From NCBI RefSeq assembly GCF_000027125.1, contig NC_017626.1: a DNA stretch of 64,000 nt, one strand, 5' to 3'. Below, in pieces: positions 57,891-64,000 of the stretch; the stretch's first letter is position 1; each line of letters starts with the position of its first letter. Made by a program: the position numbers and the translations under genes. This DNA comes from Escherichia coli 042 (lineage in GTDB: Bacteria; Pseudomonadota; Gammaproteobacteria; Enterobacterales; Enterobacteriaceae). A model generated the notes under the pieces. That model ran no database searches, was not told where the DNA came from, and saw only the letters and a program-made list of their open reading frames with translations.

Positions 57891-59290
57891 AGTTCTGGCG
57901 ACCCGGTATTACCGGCAAACTGTTTCTGGCGATTTTCGCCACCTGCATTGTCTTGCTGATCAGTATGCACTGGGCGGTGCGTATCAGTTTTGAGCGTGGC
58001 TTTATTGATTACATCAAGCATGGTAATGAACAGCGATTACAACTGTTAAGTGATGCGCTTGGCGAGCAGTATGCGCAGCATGGCAACTGGCGCTTCCTGC
58101 GCAACAATGATCGCTTTGTCTTTCAGATCCTGCGCTCATTTGAACACGATAATTCGGAAGATAAACCCGGCCCGGGTATGCCACCACACGGCTGGCGTAC
58201 TCAGTTCTGGGTGGTTGATCAAAACAACAAAGTGCTGGTTGGTCCGCGAGCGCCGATTCCACCTGACGGTACACGGCGACCCATTCTGGTCAACGGTGCG
58301 GAAGTGGGTGCGGTGATTGCCTCCCCTGTTGAGCGACTGACCCGCAATACTGATATCAATTTCGATAAACAACAGCGGCAAACCAGCTGGCTGATTGTCG
58401 CCCTGGCAACGTTACTCGCGGCGCTCGCCACCTTTCTGCTGGCGCGTGGTCTGTTGGCCCCGGTCAAACGGCTGGTGGACGGCACGCACAAACTGGCGGC
58501 GGGCGATTTCACAACCCGCGTGACGCCCACCAGTGAAGATGAACTGGGCAAACTGGCGCAAGACTTCAACCAGCTTGCCAGCACGCTGGAGAAAAACCAG
58601 CAAATGCGGCGCGATTTTATGGCCGATATTTCTCACGAACTGCGTACGCCATTAGCGGTGCTGCGCGGTGAACTGGAAGCCATTCAGGATGGCGTGCGTA
58701 AATTCACGCCGGAGACGGTGGCGTCTTTACAGGCGGAGGTCGGTACACTGACCAAACTGGTTGACGATCTCCATCAGTTGTCGATGTCTGATGAAGGCGC
58801 TCTCGCCTATCAAAAAGCACCGGTAGATTTGATCCCACTGCTGGAAGTGGCGGGCGGCGCATTTCGCGAACGATTCGCCAGCCGTGGCCTGAAACTGCAA
58901 TTTTCCCTGCCAGACAGTATTACCGTATTTGGCGATCGCGACCGTTTAATGCAGTTATTCAATAACTTACTGGAAAACAGCCTGCGCTACACTGACAGTG
59001 GCGGCAGCCTGAAAATCTCTGCCGAGCAGCACGACAAAACGGTGCGCCTGACCTTTGCTGACAGCGCGCCGGGCGTCAGTGACGATCAGCTACAAAAATT
59101 GTTTGAACGTTTTTATCGCACCGAAGGTTCCCGCAACCGCGCCAGCGGCGGTTCCGGGCTGGGGCTGGCGATTTGCCTGAACATTGTTGAAGCCCATAAT
59201 GGCCGCATTATTGCTGCCCATTCGCCTTTTGGCGGGGTAAGCATTACAGTAGAGTTACCGCTGGAACGGGATTTACAGAGAGAAGTATGA
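57887..59290 (+). CDS. baeS: envelope-stress sensor histidine kinase BaeS
   Basis: 467 aa; HAMP domain, H-box [10 protein letters not shown] and HATPase region; 4-nt overlaps with mdtD and baeR. Confidence 0.9.
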
Positions 59291-60009
59291 CCGAGTTACC
59301 AATCGACGAAAACACACCGCGTATTTTGATCGTGGAAGATGAACCGAAGCTGGGGCAGTTGCTCATTGATTATCTGCGTGCTGCGAGCTATGCGCCGACG
59401 CTTATCAGCCACGGCGATCAGGTACTGCCGTATGTGCGCCAGACACCACCGGATCTGATCCTGTTGGATCTGATGCTGCCTGGCACCGATGGCCTGACGC
59501 TGTGCCGGGAAATTCGTCGTTTTTCTGACATTCCGATCGTGATGGTGACGGCGAAAATCGAAGAGATCGACCGCCTGCTCGGGCTGGAAATTGGCGCAGA
59601 TGATTATATCTGCAAGCCGTACAGCCCGCGGGAAGTCGTAGCGCGCGTCAAAACCATTTTGCGCCGTTGCAAACCGCAGCGCGAATTGCAGCAACAGGAT
59701 GCCGAAAGCCCGTTGATTATCGACGAAGGTCGTTTTCAGGCTTCATGGCGCGGTAAAATGCTTGACCTGACGCCTGCGGAATTTCGTCTGCTGAAAACGC
59801 TCTCTCATGAACCAGGAAAAGTGTTCTCCCGCGAGCAATTGCTCAATCATCTTTATGACGACTACCGCGTAGTAACCGACCGCACCATCGACAGCCACAT
59901 TAAAAACCTGCGTCGCAAGCTGGAATCTCTCGACGCCGAACAGTCATTTATCCGCGCCGTTTACGGCGTCGGTTACCGCTGGGAAGCCGACGCCTGCCGC
60001 ATCGTTTAA
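59287..60009 (+). CDS. baeR: OmpR-family response regulator BaeR
   Basis: 240 aa; receiver domain and winged-helix DNA-binding domain. Confidence 0.92.
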
Positions 60010-60020
60010 CATTTTTACCT

Positions 60021-60053
60021 GCCGGAGAAGGCATTCACGCCGCATCCGGCAAC
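60021..60053. repeat. REP-like palindrome downstream of baeR (possible terminator)
   Basis: GCCGGA...ACGCCGCATCCGGCA. Confidence 0.4.
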
Positions 60054-60188
60054 ATTATCCCATGCATTGTCGGCTATCTGACATTATCTCTTCGCCCTGG
60101 CAACCGCCTGAAAATCGCTCATACTTTAATCGGTAAACAGTCCTTTTAGATGCTGTTTTCGATACGCAATTTCAATCAAGGAGTCATT

Positions 60189-60521
60189 ATGGCTGGTTGG
60201 TTTGAACTCAGTAAGAGCAGTGATAATCAATTTCGGTTTGTGCTAAAAGCGGGCAATGGTGAGACTATCCTCACCAGCGAGCTGTATACCTCAAAAGCCT
60301 CTGCGGAAAAGGGCATCGCGTCGGTGCGTAGCAACAGCCCGCAAGAAGAACGCTATGAGAAAAAAACGGCAAGCAATGGCAAATTCTATTTCAATCTGAA
60401 AGCCGCCAATCATCAAATTATCGGCTCCAGCCAGATGTATGCCACCGCGCAATCTCGTGAAACCGGAATTGCCTCCGTTAAAGCAAATGGCACAAGCCAG
60501 ACGGTGAAAGACAATACGTAA
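60189..60521 (+). CDS. yegP: DUF1508-family protein YegP
   Basis: Start trimmed to MAGWFELSKSSDNQFRF (ATG at 60189), 110 aa with two internal repeats. Confidence 0.85.
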   Translation: MAGWFELSKSSDNQFRFVLKAGNGETILTSELYTSKASAEKGIASVRSNSPQEERYEKKTASNGKFYFNLKAANHQIIGSSQMYATAQSRETGIASVKANGTSQTVKDNT

Positions 60522-60667
60522 TTACGATGCCGGGCGCGTGTTGTTGGCGTCTGGCGCTTTACCAGCTCCCCCCTACAGCGCTACAATGCCCGCCCTTAAA
60601 GTGGGGCACTCCCCTAACCGCTTCATCAGGTGAAGCGGATCTGACCTGTCATCAGAACGAGAGAATT

Positions 60668-62029
60668 ATGTTTAAACCGGAACTCCTTTCCCCGGCGGGA
60701 ACGCTGAAAAATATGCGTTACGCTTTCGCTTATGGCGCAGATGCTGTTTATGCGGGCCAGCCGCGTTACTCCCTGCGTGTGCGCAACAACGAATTCAACC
60801 ACGAAAATCTTCAGCTCGGCATTAATGAAGCCCATGCGCTGGGGAAAAAGTTTTATGTCGTGGTCAACATTGCACCGCACAACGCCAAGCTGAAAACCTT
60901 TATCCGTGACCTGAAACCGGTGGTGGAAATGGGGCCGGATGCGCTGATTATGTCTGATCCAGGGCTGATTATGCTGGTGCGTGAGCACTTCCCTGAAATG
61001 CCGATCCACCTCTCGGTGCAGGCTAACGCCGTGAACTGGGCGACGGTGAAATTCTGGCAGCAAATGGGACTGACCCGCGTGATCCTCTCTCGCGAGCTGT
61101 CGCTGGAAGAGATTGAAGAGATTCGTAATCAGGTGCCGGATATGGAGATCGAGATCTTCGTTCACGGCGCGCTGTGCATGGCCTACTCCGGTCGCTGCCT
61201 GCTCTCTGGCTATATCAACAAGCGCGACCCGAACCAGGGCACCTGCACCAACGCCTGCCGCTGGGAGTACAACGTCCAGGAAGGGAAAGAAGATGACGTT
61301 GGCAACATCGTACACAAGTACGAGCCGATTCCGGTGCAAAATGTTGAGCCGACGCTGGGTATCGGCGCGCCAACCGACAAAGTGTTTATGATCGAAGAAG
61401 CCCAGCGTCCGGGCGAGTATATGACCGCGTTTGAAGATGAGCACGGCACTTACATCATGAACTCGAAAGATCTGCGCGCCATCGCCCATGTAGAACGCCT
61501 GACCAAAATGGGCGTGCATTCGCTGAAAATCGAAGGTCGTACCAAATCTTTCTACTATTGCGCACGCACCGCGCAGGTTTACCGTAAAGCTATCGATGAC
61601 GCCGCTGCGGGCAAACCGTTCGATACCAGCCTGCTGGAAACTCTGGAAGGTCTGGCGCATCGTGGCTATACCGAAGGTTTCCTGCGTCGTCATACTCACG
61701 ACGATTATCAGAACTACGAATACGGTTATTCAGTTTCTGACCGCCAGCAGTTTGTTGGTGAGTTTACCGGTGAGCGCAAGGGCGACCTCGCGGCGGTAGC
61801 GGTGAAAAATAAATTCTCCGTTGGCGACAGCCTTGAGCTGATGACGCCGCAAGGCAACATTAACTTTACCCTTGAGCACATGGAAAACGCCAAAGGCGAA
61901 GCAATGCCGGTCGCACCGGGCGATGGTTATACTGTGTGGATCCCGGTGCCGCAGGATCTTGAGCTAAATTACGCGCTGCTGATGCGTAATTTCTCCGGGG
62001 AAACCACGCGTAACCCCCACGGTAAGTGA
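60668..62029 (+). CDS. yegQ: U32-family peptidase-like protein YegQ
   Basis: Start trimmed to MFKPELLSPAGTLKNMRYAF (ATG at 60668), 453 aa. Confidence 0.88.
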   Translation: MFKPELLSPAGTLKNMRYAFAYGADAVYAGQPRYSLRVRNNEFNHENLQLGINEAHALGKKFYVVVNIAPHNAKLKTFIRDLKPVVEMGPDALIMSDPGLIMLVREHFPEMPIHLSVQANAVNWATVKFWQQMGLTRVILSRELSLEEIEEIRNQVPDMEIEIFVHGALCMAYSGRCLLSGYINKRDPNQGTCTNACRWEYNVQEGKEDDVGNIVHKYEPIPVQNVEPTLGIGAPTDKVFMIEEAQRPGEYMTAFEDEHGTYIMNSKDLRAIAHVERLTKMGVHSLKIEGRTKSFYYCARTAQVYRKAIDDAAAGKPFDTSLLETLEGLAHRGYTEGFLRRHTHDDYQNYEYGYSVSDRQQFVGEFTGERKGDLAAVAVKNKFSVGDSLELMTPQGNINFTLEHMENAKGEAMPVAPGDGYTVWIPVPQDLELNYALLMRNFSGETTRNPHGK

Positions 62030-62063
62030 TTAATTTCGATTATTTTTCCCGGATGGAAAATTC

Positions 62064-62079
62064 TTAGAAACCGATCACA
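62064..62079 (+). promoter_or_regulatory. candidate CRP site (class II position) in the cyaR promoter
   Basis: TTAGAaaccgaTCACA with a good right half-site, centred about 42 bp upstream of the CyaR 5' end; -10-like TATCAT at 62101-62106. Confidence 0.4.
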
Positions 62080-62113
62080 TACAGCTGCATTTATTAAGGT
62101 TATCATCCGTTTC

Positions 62114-62200
62114 GCTGAAAAACATAACCCATAAAATGCTAGCTGTACCAGGAACCACCTCCTTAGCCTGTGTAATCTCCCTTACACGGGCTTATTTTTT
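62114..62200 (+). ncRNA. cyaR: CyaR (RyeE) Hfq-dependent sRNA
   Basis: GCTGAAAAACATAACCCATAAAATGCTAGCTGTACCAGGAACCACCTCCTTAGCCTGTGTAATCTCCCTTACACGGGCTTATTTTTT matches the CyaR sequence as I recall it, including the intrinsic terminator. Confidence 0.85.
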
Positions 62201-62522
62201 ACGCATAAGCCCTATCCCTGATAACCGTCTTCCATTGACCACATCGATAGAATCTCCCTTCATAGCACGATGCCTTTCACACAACGGCATCGTGCTCGCC
62301 CAGGTTCCGGCTACGCACAGCCAGAACGCGCATGTTTGACGCTTACCAAAAAATGAACCTAAAGCATTGGAATATTTTTGACATCATTTTCTGATGGCGG
62401 CATAAAATAAAAATGCTGCTTTAGTTTCATCTATCTGTTTGTCATTATTACTCACATTCAATAATGGTGTTGAAGAACAACTATCAGAGATAAAAATGAA
62501 TGTGTACATCGTAGTCTTGAAT

Positions 62523-62846
62523 CTATTCTCGCTCTCCACATTTGAATGTCAGACGAGCGACGCCATGTAATCCTGCACCTTCTGTCTTCAGGTCAACTAT
62601 CTGCATTTTTTTGCCCTGAGTAACACAGAAATGAGCTGCATCATTTTTTACTATATTTTCTGCACCAGAAATTCTGCCCCTGGCTAAAGAAGCTTCGGCT
62701 TCGGTGTAGTATTGGTTATCGAGTTTACGCTGAATATTACTTTTATATGCAAGACCAAATTTACCGATACTTGTCTCATCATTATGTACAGCACACCCAG
62801 ACATAAGAAAAACACTAATTAATGATATAGCAGCTATCTTTTTCAT
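62523..62846 (-). CDS. yegR: lipoprotein YegR
   Basis: Start trimmed to MKKIAAISLISVFLMSGC (ATG at 62846); lipobox LMSGC. Confidence 0.8.
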   Translation of the reverse strand: MKKIAAISLISVFLMSGCAVHNDETSIGKFGLAYKSNIQRKLDNQYYTEAEASLARGRISGAENIVKNDAAHFCVTQGKKMQIVDLKTEGAGLHGVARLTFKCGERE

Positions 62847-63249
62847 CTCACCTTCCCCCATTAAATACCAACGACACGCTCTGGTGTTTAAATATAATAA
62901 TGGCATGATTATTATAATTGAATAGGATTATAATAAATGTTCTGTACAACATTTCCTACATAAGTAGGAATTACATACACGGATGCCTTCCGGGTAACCC
63001 CATGGGGGGGTTAATATATTTTTAATAGTATATTGAAGATGCCACTGTTTAGTTGAATATTAGGTATATGCTCTTTTTTGAAATTTATCGGTGGCTGCCG
63101 TTAACATTCACTGTCCCCATTGCAAGCTCCTGGTGGTAACCACTGAATCCTCTATACTTGAACTGACTTTTTATCCTCCGACTTTCATCCTGTTCTGACT
63201 CCACCTTTTCTTTTCTGCTCTACACTATCTACAGACCAATCATAAAGGC

Positions 63250-64000
63250 ACATACGATCATGGCAGAATTTCCCGCCAGCTTACTGATTCTTAATGGCAA
63301 AAGTACTGACAATCTACCCTTGCGCGAAGCAATTATGCTGTTGCGTGAGGAAGGAATGACGATCCATGTGCGGGTCACCTGGGAGAAAGGCGATGCCGCA
63401 CGATATGTAGAGGAGGCCCGGAAGTTGGGCGTCGCAACGGTGATTGCCGGTGGTGGCGATGGCACCATTAATGAAGTTTCTACGGCGTTGATTCAATGTG
63501 AGGGGGATGACATACCCGCGCTGGGAATTTTGCCATTAGGAACCGCCAATGATTTTGCCACCAGTGTAGGGATTCCTGAGGCACTGGATAAGGCGCTGAA
63601 ACTGGCAATTGCCGGTAACGCCATTGCGATAGATATGGCGCAGGTCAACAAACAAACCTGTTTTATTAATATGGCGACAGGCGGGTTTGGGACGCGTATT
63701 ACCACAGAAACGCCGGAAAAATTAAAAGCCGCGCTGGGTGGCGTCTCTTACATCATTCATGGCTTAATGCGCATGGACACTCTGCAACCGGACCGTTGTG
63801 AAATCCGCGGTGAAAACTTTCACTGGCAAGGTGACGCCCTGGTCATAGGTATTGGTAACGGGCGTCAGGCCGGTGGCGGTCAGCAATTGTGCCCGAACGC
63901 GTTAATTAACGATGGCCTGCTGCAACTGCGCATTTTTACCGGCGATGAAATTCTTCCAGCTCTCGTATCAACCTTAAAATCTGACGAAGATAACCCGAAT
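63250..64000 (+). CDS. yegS: lipid kinase YegS (diacylglycerol kinase catalytic domain), 3' end outside window
   Basis: [18 protein letters not shown]... with the GGDGT motif of DAGK_cat-family kinases; ORF is open to the window end. Confidence 0.85.

Noticed and set aside
62136-62339. 67-aa ORF overlapping the CyaR sRNA
   Set aside because: It lies on top of a well-matched sRNA and its terminator; no ribosome-binding site.
1-64000. Identity with E. coli K-12 MG1655
   Set aside because: The O-antigen region lacks rml genes and has a different gene set, there are three sib/ibs units, and there is an additional TA cassette; the backbone is E. coli-like but a different strain. No IS element, integrase, tRNA or rRNA was seen.

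Overview
Enterobacterial chromosomal segment with Escherichia coli-type gene content and order; identification is from ORF-track translations, manual translation and motif reading, compared with K-12 proteins and regulatory motifs recalled from memory (no database search was run). Nearly every gene through the colanic acid cluster is on the minus strand. Layout: (1) 1-7.2 kb, a markedly AT-rich O-antigen cluster segment downstream of galF (wzx 5' part, wzy-like, manB-like, manC, two GT4 glycosyltransferases) preceded by a JUMPstart/ops element; (2) 7.5-31.4 kb, galF plus the complete colanic acid capsule cluster wza-wzb-wzc-wcaA-wcaB-wcaC-wcaD-wcaE-wcaF-gmd-fcl-gmm-wcaI-cpsB-cpsG-wcaJ-wzxC-wcaK-wcaL-wcaM with a second JUMPstart/ops upstream of wza; (3) yegH, then a small HigB-2/HigA-2-like type II toxin-antitoxin cassette whose toxin looks N-terminally truncated and which I do not recall at this position in K-12; (4) asmA, dcd, udk, dgcE (yegE) broken by a +1 frameshift in a G9 run, alkA, yegD, and the yegI-yegJ-yegK-yegL kinase/PP2C/vWA module; (5) three tandem ~330-bp Sib/Ibs type I toxin-antitoxin units (K-12 has two here as I recall); (6) mdtABCD-baeSR, yegP, yegQ, CyaR sRNA, yegR and the start of yegS. 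No rRNA, tRNA, CRISPR array, transposase or integrase was found. The most notable items are the TA cassette, the dgcE frameshift, the extra sib/ibs unit and the serotype-specific O-antigen island.
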